Shown piece after piece: positions 11,190 through 24,760 of a DNA stretch of 64,000 nt. Location of the stretch: assembly GCF_006345805.1 (NCBI RefSeq), contig NC_042999.1:171926001-171990000 (forward strand), read 5' to 3'. A model generated the notes under the pieces. It was not told where the DNA came from. It made no database searches and saw nothing but the letters and a program-made list of their open reading frames with translations. Every line of letters starts with the position of its first letter. The stretch's first letter is position 1. This DNA is from Octopus sinensis (lineage: Eukaryota). The position numbers and the translations under genes are program-made.

Positions 11190-12580
11190 TTTGGTTGTAT
11201 GGAAAGCGATTCTCAGATATGGATAACTCATGGAAGAACAGCATTATTACTGACAAATAAAGATAGCAGGAAGTAATTATATACTATTATATGCTTAGCA
11301 TATCTATGGAAATTGCAAATTCTTATAACCGAAGATTTGTAAAGTTTACTTAGTTTGCCGGAGAAAGCTAAATTGTTAGAAGAAGCATAAGAGTGATGGA
11401 GAAAGAAAACAAATTGAAGTGATTATCTATTGTATGTCGATTGAATGATACAAAGTGAAGTGCGAATAAGAAAGAAACGAATTCGCTGTTAGTTGAAAAC
11501 ACTACAAGAAAGCATATCATAATGTACGGCAATTTTCGTTTTTGTAGGACTTGAGAACTCTCGTTGTTTATGAGAATAATAACAGTTTTCTTAGGAAAGC
11601 GATCGAGAGAAGTAGAACTAAATTGTGATATGAATCATTGACAAATACAAAAATTCCGGAGGAAGAATATTCAAACGAGAAAAAATTCTCATTTTTGTGA
11701 TAGCTTTTTTTCTTTTGCTATTTCTTCTTTTTTTCGCTTATAGAAATATAGAGAGAATAAACCGTGCTTATGAGCTTAAGAATAGAGGATAAACAATGTA
11801 ACGTACGCTATATCAGAGTGACATTAAGCTGTGCACCAAAAATCAAAATAACTTGGATACTCTTGCTTCATGCAGTAAGAATGCTTAACAAAACATATCG
11901 AATATATATTTGGGGCGAGTCTATGCGCAGTATTATTTAGGAAGAAAATTCGAAAGATGAAATTTCATGGCTTAAAGAAACCACAAGGTGATATTTGAGA
12001 TGACTGAACGAGAAGGAAGGGTGCAAATACTAAGACATGCAGCAGAAAACGAATGTACTCGAAAGGGAAATGTGAGGGAATATGTAAAATTAGTAGAAAA
12101 GAAGGTTCAGGAAGTTCCTTGAAACAGAAGATAATTAATATTATTAAAGTAATCAATATGTATGCCATGGAAATGTTATATTATGACCAATTTTAAGGGT
12201 TCAAAGAAAGGGCTGCATGAACTGGAAAACAAAATAAACCATTGCTCATAATACATCATGAACACCACCCAACAAATAATAGTGGCACATTCTATTGTCA
12301 TCAAAAGGGGAGCTGGCAGAGGCTTTTACAATAAATACGATACGATCACTACTGTGATACTGAATTTGAAAGTCAACGTAGCGCGTAGAGAAGAATAAAT
12401 AGTTTCTACGTTTAGATATGAAAATTCAATTAACATTGTCAGTGAAGAATATTTGCATGGATGAAGAAAACAATAAAATCCAAAATGAGATGTTAGAAAG
12501 AGAATACAAGTAGCGAACCTGAGGGCATTATCACTAATGAGATATACAGCAGGAATTATTAAACATAGCATGATCAAGAC
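11190..12580 (+). mobile_element. R4/Dong-like reverse transcriptase remnant
   Basis: Colinear decayed RT motifs: WITHGRTALL, ICLAYLWKL, YKKAYHNV, GRIFKREKILIFVI (RGIFQGDSLSP), LYQSDIKL (LFMDDLKL), NIIKVINMYA..LYY, HHP...GAGRG. A second SLMRYTAGII piece lies at ~12520-12570. Confidence 0.75.
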
Positions 12581-13059
12581 TTGCAATTTAAAATTCTAGA
12601 AGTATTCAACTGTACTACTTAATTCCATATCCAACATTCTATGCAGATGGCAAGCATGTGAAAAATTAATTTTGGATACCTTCTCCCGCTCCAGATGATT
12701 ATGCGGGTGTCTCACAGAATTCAAACCCCCAATACTTTGAAATATTCCACAACTATTTTAATTATGGCTTCTACGCTGAAAGGGGGCGTGATTCTAATTT
12801 CCTTTTCTCTTTTTCCATCTTTATTCACCGGTCAAATTTTTGCCCCAACGTTAACGTTTTCTCTTATTTTTGATCTTGTGGCATCTCATGCACTAGAGTC
12901 CTGATCTTGAAAGGGTACAGATCATGTATTCGGAGCATGAGATTGCGTGGGGCGTTCTAAAACCCTCCCCTAGTCCCATGTCTTCACAGCAAGAAACTAG
13001 AAATAGTTCCTCTCCTTATACTGTGTATATTGAATGATATTTACGCACATATATATATA

Positions 13060-13063
13060 TGCA

Positions 13064-13130
<67 letters not shown>

Positions 13131-13132
13131 GT
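13060..13132. repeat. (TATC)n tetranucleotide microsatellite
   Basis: Directly visible. Confidence 0.95.
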
Positions 13133-13145
13133 GTAGATATATATA

Positions 13146-13990
13146 AGCTGCGATGGGTAAATTATCGCCATATTATATTTTCAATTTCGGGTTTGCGCAT
13201 TGTTTGTATTTGATTTTGTCGACTATCCAGTATAGTAAGGTTAGTTGGGCACCGTCTATGAGAACAACAGGACCATAACACAATTCACTCAATCAGAAAT
13301 TTGGAAATTACATGCTGTACTGCTAGGTATTCGCGGCAGAAGCTCCAATACGAACATTTCAGTGTTTGAGTCTCAGTCTGAAGACAGTGTAATTTTAGGC
13401 CATGTACCGAGAGAGTTAAATATCAAACAGCCAGTTAACAACATGGTGTTTGTAGTGATCAGTAGGGATGGCGACCTTATTCCTCCATTCCTTAATCTGC
13501 CTTCTTACACGGCCTCATACTCAACACAGAGGCCTACATCAAGTGCCTAGAGAAGGTAGTGCTGCCCTAGATCAAGAGGCTGGCTGCAAGAATGCCTTAA
13601 GTCTAGCAACCATGTCACGCAAGCAGAAGAACCCAGTCATGACTATCAGATAATATCTGCGTCTACATCACCCCTAACGTATGCCTACCCAATTTACCAG
13701 ACTGCAACACACTTGATTATTATGTGGGGGCATGTTTGAGTAAGATGTCAACAAAATTTGTTGAAACACCAAACATGAAATGAAGGCAAGGATTTATAGC
13801 AAGGTACTAAAACTGAAGCAAGGAAAGCATCCAGAAAACGTGTGAAAGATTCCTAAATCACCTAAATAAATTTATTCGTTAGTATTTAAAGATATTTTAA
13901 TGTAATTTTGGTAAATGTATCAGTTAAAATGAGATGTCAGTGTTTTCATTTTTGCGTAATTTAGATGTTAGTCTATTCATTGCACGCTGT
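13146..13990 (+). mobile_element. Tc1/mariner superfamily, maT/DD37D-like element, internally deleted and decayed
   Basis: KQPVNNMVFVVISRDGDLIPPF / HGLILNTEAYIKCLEKVVLP*IKRLAA / CHASRRTQS*LSDN..ITPNV..PNLPDCNTLDYYVWG. Degenerate TIRs (gctgcgatgggtaaattatcgccat / atgttagtctattcattgcacgctg) sit in a TA context. Confidence 0.8.
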
Positions 13991-14005
13991 ATATATGTAT
14001 ATATA

Positions 14006-14040
<35 letters not shown>

Positions 14041-14043
<3 letters not shown>

Positions 14044-14302
14044 AATAATAATAAAGGGTAACATTAATTAATTAGTAATTAGTAATTTTACCAAGCAGTT
14101 TTCAGTACGTAAAAGGACCATTTACGGTAAATTTAAACATTACTTTATATAATTAGCGTTCAGCAAAAGAATTTGCTTTACAACATACCGAACTTTTAGA
14201 AATAGAAGCTAAAGAAGTAGAGGAATTAGCTAAATTCTTTGGCGGCTATTTCTAAAAGTTCAGTATGTGGTAAAGCAATTTTTTTTTGCTGAACCCTAAC
14301 TA
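14041..14302. mobile_element. Short fold-back element related to the 557-bp unit
   Basis: The 5' part (agggtaacattaattaatt...ttcagtacgtaaaaggaccattt) is homologous to 1586-1690. Arms 14158-14215 and 14237-14294 are inverted; (TA)n lies on both sides. Confidence 0.75.
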
Positions 14303-14328
14303 TATATATATATATATATATAGACATA

Positions 14329-14380
<52 letters not shown>

Positions 14381-14869
14381 CATATATATATATATTATAT
14401 ATACATATATATACATATATATATACATATATATATATAGATATATATATATATATATTATATATACATATATATATTTACATATATATGTATATATATA
14501 TATATATATAAATATATAAATATATATGTAAATATATATAAAACTTAAAACTTAGATATGTTTCGACCAAGGATTGGTCCAGGCCATGTCTAACTTAATA
14601 GCACCACCTGATAGATACATATATATATATATATATATTATTCAAAGAAATTCCAACTCTGTTTTTTTTATGTTTTATTTATATTCTTCATAATATTAAT
14701 GTAGAATATAGAATATATAGTATAAATAATATATATAGTAAAATGAAATGAAGTATTGATTGCCTTATTGAACAGATGATATATTGAATATAAAATATTA
14801 GGGGACTAGTATACTGTCTTGCATTAAAGCAGTCTTCAAGGTCCTAGGTTGTGACAGGAGTCTTTCAAC

Positions 14870-15243
14870 TGTATATATATATACATAACATTTTTGAATA
14901 AGGAAACTCACCTCATTGAAAAAAAGGAGAAAATATAAAGTAAAACCTAACCACATTCTATTCCTTCTAACATAAATCATGTTTAATTAGTCATTCCCAA
15001 CACATTTGATAGTCTCCCTTATACCGGAAAAAATCCCTGATTACCTTCCCCTGCCTGGAACTCCATATTTCACAAGATAGCGAAGACATGATATTTGAAA
15101 AGAAAATACGAAAATGGTTAATTCTCAAAAAATTATGTTACTATACGGAAACATTTATAATATTTTTCTAACATAACGACTTAAATATATACATTAACCT
15201 TATAAAACAAGCCTTCTGTAGTTTTTTTCACTCTTTTTTATTT
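14870..15243. mobile_element. Diverged MITE of the family at 26527-26912
   Basis: 15121-15243 (..ccttataaaacaagccttctgtagtttttttcact) matches the right arm of 26783-26912; the interior ttaccttcccctgcctggaactc..gatatttgaaaag matches that element's spacer. Confidence 0.6.
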
Positions 15244-15269
15244 CATATATATTTGTGTGTGTCTGTGTA

Positions 15270-15301
<32 letters not shown>

Positions 15302-15337
15302 TGTGTGTGTGTTTCATTGTGTGTATGTGTGTCTGTG

Positions 15338-15603
15338 TATGGAAAAAAAATCAAGGTAGATAATGCTAAAATAAGTTCATAAAAAAACATTTCAGTACCG
15401 TTTCTATCATTGAGACTTTTTCTAGTAAAGTATGGAAAACAATAAAATTTTGGAAAAATTAAATGAAAATCTATTCATTTAATTTTTCCAAAATTTAATA
15501 TTATCCATACTTATAGTTGAAAAAATCACAATGACCAGAACTGGTACTGAAATGTTTTTTATAAAATTAGTTTAGCATTTCCTACCTTGACGTTTTTTCC
15601 ATA
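15338..15603. mobile_element. Fully palindromic MITE (~265 bp hairpin), TA-flanked
   Basis: tatggaaaaaa..tcaaggtag..aatgctaaa...aaacatttcagtacc...ttttggaaaaattaaatgaa | aatcta | ttcatttaatttttccaaaa...ggtactgaaatgttt...tttagcatt..ctaccttga..ttttttccata. Confidence 0.85.
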
Positions 15604-15656
15604 TATATATCAACTCCTGTGTTGCTTTCCAAACTTCTACACACATACACAGACAT

Positions 15657-15688
<32 letters not shown>

Positions 15689-15715
15689 GTATATACAATT
15701 ATGTATACATACAAT

Positions 15716-15778
<63 letters not shown>

Positions 15779-15946
15779 AGTTAAGTATATACATGCAGAT
15801 ATGCACACATATATACACACACGCACACATATAGGGTTTAAAAATATATAGAAGGCGTTGACAAACGAGCGAGATTTAGGCAGTGAATCACCAGATTATC
15901 AAAGTTTTTATTTTTCTAGTTCTTGAAAATACAGATTGCAATCAAA

Positions 15947-16630
15947 TACGAGGTGGTATCAAAAAGTTCCTGGATTAATTATGATTAATAAAAGATTACT
16001 TATTTACTTAAGTTTTAACATTATCTCCGTCGACATAGTCACTTTTCCCAGCGAAACATGGGGTCCTAGCGTTTCTGCCACTCTTGGAATCTGGCCTGGA
16101 AGTCGTTTTCAGTAAGCAAGTCGAAGTTCTTCTGTGATTCGCTTTTGATCTTGACAGCGGTTTTAAAACGGGGACAGTTGAGCCTCCTTTTCATCTTCAG
16201 GAAGAGACGGAAGTGTGAAGTTACTAAATCTGGCGAATATGCCAGATGCGTTAAAAATACCATTTCACTTTTGGCAAGGAACACACGAGTAAGGAGATCT
16301 CATTATCACAGTGTGTTGTCATCCTGAAGAATTCACTTATTCGCACTCCACACATACGGTTATTTTTTTGTCGAATGTCTTACCTCAAACATTTTAGAAT
16401 GTCGCAAAAGAACTCTCGACTGACGGTCTGGGCGTAGGGGTGGAATTTTCGAGTCACAATACCGCAGATATCGATAAAAATTTTACGCATGCTTTTGATT
16501 GAGCTGCGGCTCTGTTCTACCTTCTTCGGCCGAGGACATGAAGGCCTCTTCCATGGTAACGAGTGCTGCTACGTCTCAGTGCCGTACTAGTAGATCCAGC
16601 TCGCGTCACCAGTGATGGGCTTGTACATGA
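15947..16630 (-). mobile_element. mariner (DD34D-type) transposase remnant with 3' TIR
   Basis: The minus strand gives ITGDASWIY*YGTET (first D), ILQDDN (second D) and HLAYSPDLVTSHFRLFLKMK...F.EWQKR. The TIR tacgaggtggtatcaaaaagttcctgg starts at 15947. Confidence 0.9.
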
Positions 16631-17231
16631 AGGTCGGGTAACTGGGACGAGTATACTTAAGAAAATTGCAGAGTATGGTTAAATACTACCTAACAAGTTA
16701 AAGATAAACAGTAATATTCCAAGCCTATTAGATAACTGGTTGTATGAAAATGTGTCTCTAATGCAATATGAGCATTTTGTTCATTAGTCTTGTTAAGCAT
16801 ATTACCTTAACATTTAAGCATTTCTAGTAATTCAGAGACGCAAAGCGTGCGCCCACAATTGTCATTTTAATAGATAATGTTTACTTTTTATGCTTCAGGT
16901 AACTTGGAATCTAATTTCTTTTAATACCCATGTTCTCTCCAAGTGATGTAATTTCAGCCATATTAAAATTATAGAAAGTATAAAAATAATTATATAATCT
17001 TTAGTTACAGTTGTAAGAAGTGGAACCGATGTAGGCAATAATGATTATATTAATCATTACATCACATAGTTGTGTATGTACATATGTGCATAAGAATGTG
17101 TGTGTACATACATATACAAGTGTATGCATGTATATGTACGTATGTATGTATGTATGTATGTATGTATGTATATTATATATATATATATATATAATATATA
17201 TATATATATATTATATATATATATATATATC

Positions 17232-17294
<63 letters not shown>

Positions 17295-17319
17295 TATATA
17301 TATAATTACTAAGGTGGAT

Positions 17320-17820
17320 AGACACAATTCGAAGCATCGAAAAGGGCAATAATTCGCCGTCACTAAAATAGTGACGAAGATTGCAGGGAGCACCTGCATT
17401 GCTAGAAATAAATATCAAAGTACTATTTAGCCACAGAAAGCACATTTTCTATTTACTCACAGGGAAGACAACCTGCCCACCAACAACTGAGTAGGGTTAG
17501 ACCACGCCAACCCCGCCAATATATATAGATTTTACCACAGAAATCAGTTATTGATTCCGCAAAATTGTAATGTGAAAATTATAATATAATTAAGATGACT
17601 AGGGGCAATTCAAAATCACAAAATAAATTATTCTCTGTCACTAAACATTGACGAAGGGTGCGGGGAGCACCAACATTGCTAGAAATAAGAGTCAAATAAC
17701 TATTTAACCATAGAATTAATATATTTTACTTACTAACAGGGGAAACATCCTCCCCACCGCAATTGAGTGGCATTACACTGTCATACCAATTTCGCATGAA
17801 ATATAATGTTCATCAGTAAT
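17320..17820. repeat. Two diverged tandem copies of a ~278-bp unclassified unit
   Basis: gtcactaaa...tgacgaag..tgc.gggagcacc..cattgctagaaataa occurs at 17359 and 17637. Confidence 0.7.
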
Positions 17821-18071
17821 GCTTATTCTATAGTGGATGTGAAGCTAAATTCTACTCTGTCAGCATGTGTTATTTCCATTTTGGGAAAGAAAAGGAACGG
17901 GTTAATAGAATGCGATCTCTAAACTGCTCTGAGTTCACAAATTTTGCGACCAATTTATATTCATTATTCTCCCTTTTCATGTATATTAATTACAGTATTT
18001 GAATTACCTCCTTTGACATTACACAGACTGTTGGAAGGTAGGTACAGACTTATAAATATAAACATAGCAAG

Positions 18072-18466
18072 AAGGCGGCGAGCTGGCTGAAACGTTAGCA
18101 CGCCGGGCTTTATGCGTAGCCATATTTCGTCTGCCGTTACGTTCTGAGTTCAAATTCCGCCGAGGTCGACTTTGCCTTTCATCCTTTCGGGGCGATAAAT
18201 TAAGTACCAGTTACGCACTGGGGTCGATGTAATGGACTTGATTCGTTTGTCTGTCCTTGTTTGTCCTCTCTGTGTTTGGCCCCTTGTGGTAGTAAAGAAA
18301 TAGGTATTTCGTCTGCCTTTACATTCTTAGTTCAAATTCCGCCGAGGTCGACTTTGCCTTTCATCCTTTCGGGGTCGATAAATTAAGTACTAGTTGCGTA
18401 CTAGGGTCGATTTGCTCAACTGGTCCTCTCCCCAAATTTTCTGGCTTTGTGCCTAGAGTAGAAAAG
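18072..18466 (+). mobile_element. SINE family B, dimeric form
   Basis: Near-consensus head, duplicated body, and a tail ending gtgcctagagtagaaaag. Confidence 0.9.
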
Positions 18467-18489
18467 ACAATATACATAACAATAATTTG

Positions 18490-18720
18490 TAGAAAAGCAA
18501 GAAGAGAGAGAGGAGAGGACAATGAGAACGGCGGCAACGCAAGCGATGGTGACGACAACCACGGTAACAAGGACGATGAGGACGATGACGACAATTCTTA
18601 TGACGATGACTACGATGATGATGTTGATCATGAGGATGATGATGATGATGAGAATGAAGTAGTCGATGATGCTGAGAAGGATGTTGATGTCAATTTAATA
18701 TCAATTGCTGTTGTTGCAGT
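18490..18720. repeat. (GAT/GAC)n low-complexity tract
   Basis: Directly visible; explains the Asp-rich ORF 18449-18784. Confidence 0.85.
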
Positions 18721-19874
18721 GTTTTTTAGTAGTCAAATAAACACGGAAATATATAGAGTCCTACATTTCAAAGTAAGTGTCTGAAGAATAAGATAGTAAA
18801 TAATAATTCGTACGGTTAAAGTACATATCAGTTTTATTATACTAATTGATACGTCAACAATAATCTTCAATAAATGTATATGAGCAAAAATGTAGACAAT
18901 TACAAATAGAGCTATAGACATAAAAGCTAGAATGCAATACAGTTTTACTCTTCAGCCATAAAAATTATAGATTCCTCATAAATATGCTGATAAATCATTT
19001 GCAGGACTGTGATGTGTGGAGAAGTATTAAGTCTCATGAAATATTTTGAAGAAAATGATAGTAAAGAAAAAAGACAAAATAAAAAAACCCAGATGGAAAT
19101 GCAGAAGCTATCACAATACTATATTAATAGATTTAGCTAAAATATATGAATCTGACATACATAATTGTAGAAAGAGTATATGACATATAAAATTGTCTAA
19201 AAATTATATAGGGTTTCAACGCATCTGTTTATGTCCGTATGTGTATGTATATGCGGGGGTATGTTTGTGTGCCAGTGTATTTCTTTGTGTGTGTTTCTAA
19301 GTGTGTTTGTGCGAGCATGCAATGCAGAATACGTATAACGTAGACCTTAGAATGTAATAACACCGGAATAGAAATGATTTTTCTTCACGTAATTCCCTAT
19401 AGAATAGAAAGTGTTGGACTGATGAGAAAATTAAGCAGTACCTATATTTGTGTTGCATAAATTATCACATCAAGATATATATATTTAGTGAAGGTACTGT
19501 ATTTCTAGGCAATGCAAATATCGTACACAAACATATGTTTCAAAATGAAGCTATGAGAAAGTTAAAGTGAAGCATGTTCTATAGAGTAACAAAGTACCTT
19601 AAGCATAAATCTGAGAACGGGTTATTGGTGTGAATATAGTATTCAACGCATCTCTTTATTCATATGTAACGATACAAGTTTAAGCGCATAGGTGAAAACA
19701 ACACCAGAGGAAATATTATATAAAGTCTCGCAACCATATGTATAATTTACAATGGAATCGAAGATTCTACACTATATAGACATAGTGATATCCACTTCAC
19801 ATGATTGCCGATACACACATAAGTAATTATATGTATGTATATATGTGTATATATACATATATAATTTTAGTTGT

Positions 19875-20290
19875 GCGTTCTCGATTAGGAATCATTATGA
19901 GCAGAAGGATTCAGGGATTCCTCTACGATTGCCAAATCTTTATCAATACAAGTTGTCAATGTAAATGGTGTAGGTAGAAATTTCCTAGTCTCGTCTGTAT
20001 TCTCAGCTTGTTCTTTTTCTAACAATCACAACATACATTGACTTCTTTGCAGGTGCCACCATATCTTTCCGAATTTGGTGTAGACTTTCAACTTGTCCCG
20101 AATGCAGTCTGACCATATATTTTTCCAAACATTATTTAAAGTTGAAGTTTTTACTTTATCTTATGACTCTGCTGTATTATCCACTGCATCTACTAATTTG
20201 AATTTCTTCCAGAGATCTTTAACCCAGTCAATGGCTTTCATAATCTGTTTGAAAGTTCTTCTCATACAGAATACCTTGGTGTTAGCTATC
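19875..20290 (-). mobile_element. Tigger/pogo-like transposase C-terminal remnant
   Basis: The minus frame reads KVFCMRRTFKQIMKAIDWVKDLWKKFKLVDAVDNTAES*DKVKTSTLNNVWKNIWSDCI, like the Tigger DDE_1 tail (YLRRTF...FWK.FNI.DAI..I..AW.EV..STLN..WKKLWP). Confidence 0.75.
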
Positions 20291-21541
20291 ACACTGAGTT
20301 TCTTTCTGTAAGAGCGAAATTACAGACCGTATCCCGAAATCCCGTACTACACACACGCGTCCAGGTTCGAAAATCGATTAAGGTTGTTCATCGTTTTTTC
20401 AGTCTGCAAAGAAATGGTTAAAACTTGCCCTGTTTATAATTATACCATATGTTGCATATATATAACATACCTGGATACTGTGTACACTTAGAGCCCCGTT
20501 GACAGGCCGTTGGTATTTATAGTGTTAAGCAATTTCGACATGCAAATTAGGAACCCCTTCATAGTATAACTGCTGCATTTGTTGAGTATATAAATAGTCT
20601 AGCTGTTTGTTTCTCTGGAGACTGTCAGAATGTTGTGGATACCTCTGCTGAGAACACAATAATCTTGTTAATGTTGTTCATCGTTTTTGTTTTTCTGTCT
20701 GCAGAGAAGTGGCTAAAATTTGCCGTGTTTATATAATTGTACTATATGTTACATTCTTGCATACAAACATACATACATAGGACGCACGTACAAGCTTACA
20801 TACGGCGTACATGCTTCTCTGTATCTGATTAAAATGGAAATTTAAATAATCGTTAACGTATGAACCTATTTCCGAATAATGTTCGAGTTCACTAATTGCA
20901 AGTAGCTAGTCAATGAATGGAAGCTTCTCTCATCTAAATTCCATTCAATCAGCAAAAGTACATGCTGCATATCTTCCTATTACCTTTACAATCAAAATAT
21001 AGCATTGTTAAATACAATACGTTTTATCGTAACAATAGTAATTATTAATTATGACCATTACTAACATTATGTACTTGGAATTCATTGAACCAAAGAAGAC
21101 ATCTCTAAGTAGGCAAATGACCAGCAAGAGATGGCAGCTAAATGCCCTTGAAATTGCATATAGAGAAACATATATGTTAATGAAGTCCGTTAATATAACA
21201 TATCTGAAAATGTTTCACAGTGATTGCAAATGAAACGCCGTTAGTAAATGTTGATCTGTAGTTTAATAAGGAGCACAGTATTGATTAATTTTTTTTTCAG
21301 AGAACAATATTCACTTCGTCATTTCAACATTGTTTCCCACATTATCTCTCACGCTATAGTTAACTTGCTGAGAAAAATTGCCAAATCAGCGGAATGAACT
21401 AATATTAGAGTTGTAATATCCACCATGGTTCTCTGCCAGGCATATTTCATTCTAGGCGTTGTAACTGGCATTTAAAATAAGCTTTCTGTGTATGCAATGA
21501 TTTACATGTGAATGACGGATTTTTCCCCTTCAAACAAAATC

Positions 21542-21755
21542 TTTGACTATCTGAGGTCACTGACATACAGAGATAATGTATATACGATGACATTCAAAAC
21601 CAAAGATCGTTAAGAAATATGGATCCAATTTAAACAAAAGTCCCATTGTCTTACTCAGTATGACCAAAAATATGGATGCTGAAATCTGGACCTTTGATTA
21701 TAGTCTGATCTAGCAATACCGAATTGGAAAGGAAAAATCTGAGAGTGATTCAGTT
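21542..21755 (+). mobile_element. Possible RTE-type LINE RT thumb fragment, very decayed
   Basis: FDYLRSLT..D (FKYLGS-like), then tatggatgctgaaatctggacc (YGCE.WT with a 1-bp insertion). Confidence 0.35.
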
Positions 21756-22300
21756 AATGAATATTTGAAAATCACCATAATTTATGACAATAAAATTTGT
21801 CCTGTATATTTTTGTCGTCTTACACGAACGACTTTTACGACCGACTAAACTATCTTCTCATATCTTCCACTAACCTTTTAAAAATTCTACGTAGGTGCCA
21901 CTGTAAGGAAAAAGATTACCAAGGAATTAAAATTGACCTGTTAGTGAATTAAAATAATAATTTAGCAGCAAACCTTAGTGACTCTCAAAGGAATTATAAA
22001 TCAATTTACAGTTGTCATTCTAAGACCATTAAATTTCATAGTAAACTACATGGTAATTATGCTGATGTTAAACTCATAGAATGGGTTTTCGAAGAAGGAC
22101 TTTCCCCAACTAACATTGATAAATATGCATCTTTTTTTACATGCAGTAAAAGTGTTCAAAGATTGTTGGCCAATATAATTTGCATATTTATAAATTGCAA
22201 AGTAATTGAAGTAAGTCAGATAGATCGACGACATGAATTTAAATAGCTTTGGTTAGTAGTGATGTCTAGAGGACGTACGGACGGTATTTAGTATCTAACA

Positions 22301-22513
22301 TTGATTTCCAATTTTGGCACAAGGTTAGCTAATTCGGTTGAAGTGGGGAGTCTATTACACTGACGCCATTGTTCAACTGATACTTGATTCATCGACCATG
22401 AAATGATGAAAGGCAAAGTCAACTCCTGCAGTACTGGAACGCAGACCGTAAAACCAGAAGAAATGCCACTAAGTACATCCGGTGCGATAAGGATTCTATC
22501 AGCTCGCCGCCTT
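22301..22513 (-). mobile_element. SINE family B, monomer, diverged
   Basis: gatgaaaggcaaagtcaac...gaaatgcc.ctaag...cagctcgccgcctt. Confidence 0.8.
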
Positions 22514-23532
22514 TATATAGGCTATAATATTGAGACAGAACAAACACTCCAGAATAAAAAGTAGTGGCTTTTGTTTGCAATTGCCAAATGAAAGGTGAAA
22601 TAATTGCAAGAATAAAATATTAATTCCTCAAAAACTATAATTTTGCAGATAGAAGAAATAATTATTCCATTTTAGAAGCGAAAATGAAATCTAAGGACAT
22701 GTTTTATCATTTCAGGTTTTATCTGTAAACCATATTCTTTTCAAGACTTTGTTGATCCGTTGAAATGTTTTGTTTTTTTTTTGTTTTTGTTTTTTAAAAA
22801 GTAGAAAAGAGTAGCAAAAATATATGCTAAAAAATCTGCATACATAGAAAATACGACTAAAGGATAATCTGGATACATGGTGTTGTACTGATTGACGTAC
22901 GCGGAATATTCATATTTTAGTCGCCGTTTTACGTGAAGAAAGGAATCAAACACATGCCAACAACTATAAGCTATACTACTCTCAAACATAAGTGGTTATT
23001 TCGATTCATTATCAATATTTTTCTGCGATTGCTATTCGTTATATCGTACACTATTTAACAATATTTTCCTGTCAAATTAAATATATTGGGAAATAGAATA
23101 TGAAAAACATTGGAGGTTTTCATTTTATTTTCGTTTTGCGATACACGATTTTATTCTTATTATTTTCTCTATCAATTTCAGTATTCATGAAGTTAAATGT
23201 GGTTTCTTCATTAATAACAGTGCGGATACAAGCAAAGAGATACACCGCAGCTGCATTGCCAATATGTATTCCTAGAGATACTTGTAACATTTATGCTAAT
23301 GTTTAAATAATGAAATAAAAGAAAATATAAACTGAGAAACACAACACACGTGTGATTGTGCCTATCACGCAGACACACACAGACACACATAGAAACGCAC
23401 ACACACAAATACGAACACATACGCCTGTATAAATATACACATACGGACATTCCGATGTAAAAGTGTACAAAGCGTGGGTAACAAAATTCAAGTAATACAT
23501 ATACACATAAATATTTCTGGGTTTATAGATGT

Positions 23533-23809
23533 GTTAGAGCGTCGAGCTTTAGATCATGATGCCGTGAGTTCGAAAACCGGACCGGGCTGCATGTTGTGTT
23601 CTTGAGCAAGGCACTTTATTTCACGTTGCTTCCAGTTCACTCAGCTGTAGAAATGAGTTGCGATGTCACAGGTGTCAAGCTGTATCGGCCTTTGCCTTTT
23701 CCTTGGATAACACTGGCGGCATGGAGAGGGGAGGTTGGTATGCACGGGCGATTGCTGGTCTTCCATAAACAAGCTTGCCCGGACTTGTGCCTGGGAGGGT
23801 AACTTTCTA
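23533..23809 (+). mobile_element. Third tRNA-type SINE family (E), single copy
   Basis: gttagagcgtcg (A-box remnant), gagttcgaaaacc (B-box-like), gtgttcttgagcaaggcacttta (CORE/V-like central motif) and a unique GC-richer tail. Confidence 0.7.
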
Positions 23810-24214
23810 ACTTATCATCCTAGCACTCAGGCACTTTAACCAGTGGAACATCGAGTTTCCGACACTTGCTGGGGGGTAGGGGGTTGCTGCACTTGTACCC
23901 GGCTGTACCAATTTTCAATGTAGCCAACTGTAGCGTCGACAAATTAAATTTTCCGGAAAGCGTTGCGAACAATAACAATCTTACACACACATATATGAAC
24001 TAACACGCATGCATACATACATACATACTTACAAGTATGCATACACAAAAATACCACATACACAAGCACACACACATATACATACATATATACATATATA
24101 TTCATAGGCATGCTTAAATTTTTGTGCGTATGTGTGTACGCGTGTGCTCTTATATGTGCCTACATAGTTAAAGATCGATAGAAAATATAGATAGATCTTT
24201 GGTCAGTTATGTTA

Positions 24215-24704
24215 CATATATATATATATATATATATAGAACTGCGTGTCTGTCGTATAAGTTCACGAGTCTATATCGACATTATTGCTTGGTTAATCAC
24301 TGTATGTCTGTGTCTGTGTGTAGGCCTATAAGGAAATAAATGTATGTGCGTGTGTATTCGTCTGTGGAAATTTTTCTACAATTGTGCTGATATCAAAAGA
24401 GACGAGCGGAAGTGGGGTAAAATGTACGAGTTTACATCAATAGTACTTCTGCCTCAAGAGATGATTTAAAATAAATGTATGTCAATTTATATATTTATAC
24501 CAGGCCTTATGATGTATAGTAACTATAGAATGATGTCGGAATCAATGCAAAGGTTCTATGGGTGTATCTATGGCAATAGTGCTGCTGATTAGAAAGTGAT
24601 CTAGAACAGCTAGAATCATAAAACGTAGAAAAATCACATCAAACGACAGCATGTGAGACGTTGAACGTATGAAAAATTACATATGAATACATAGGAATAT
24701 ATAT

Positions 24705-24760
<56 letters not shown>

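Noticed and set aside
19419-19440. CUGAUGA motif as a hammerhead
   Set aside because: No stem II or correctly placed GAAA and stem III follow.
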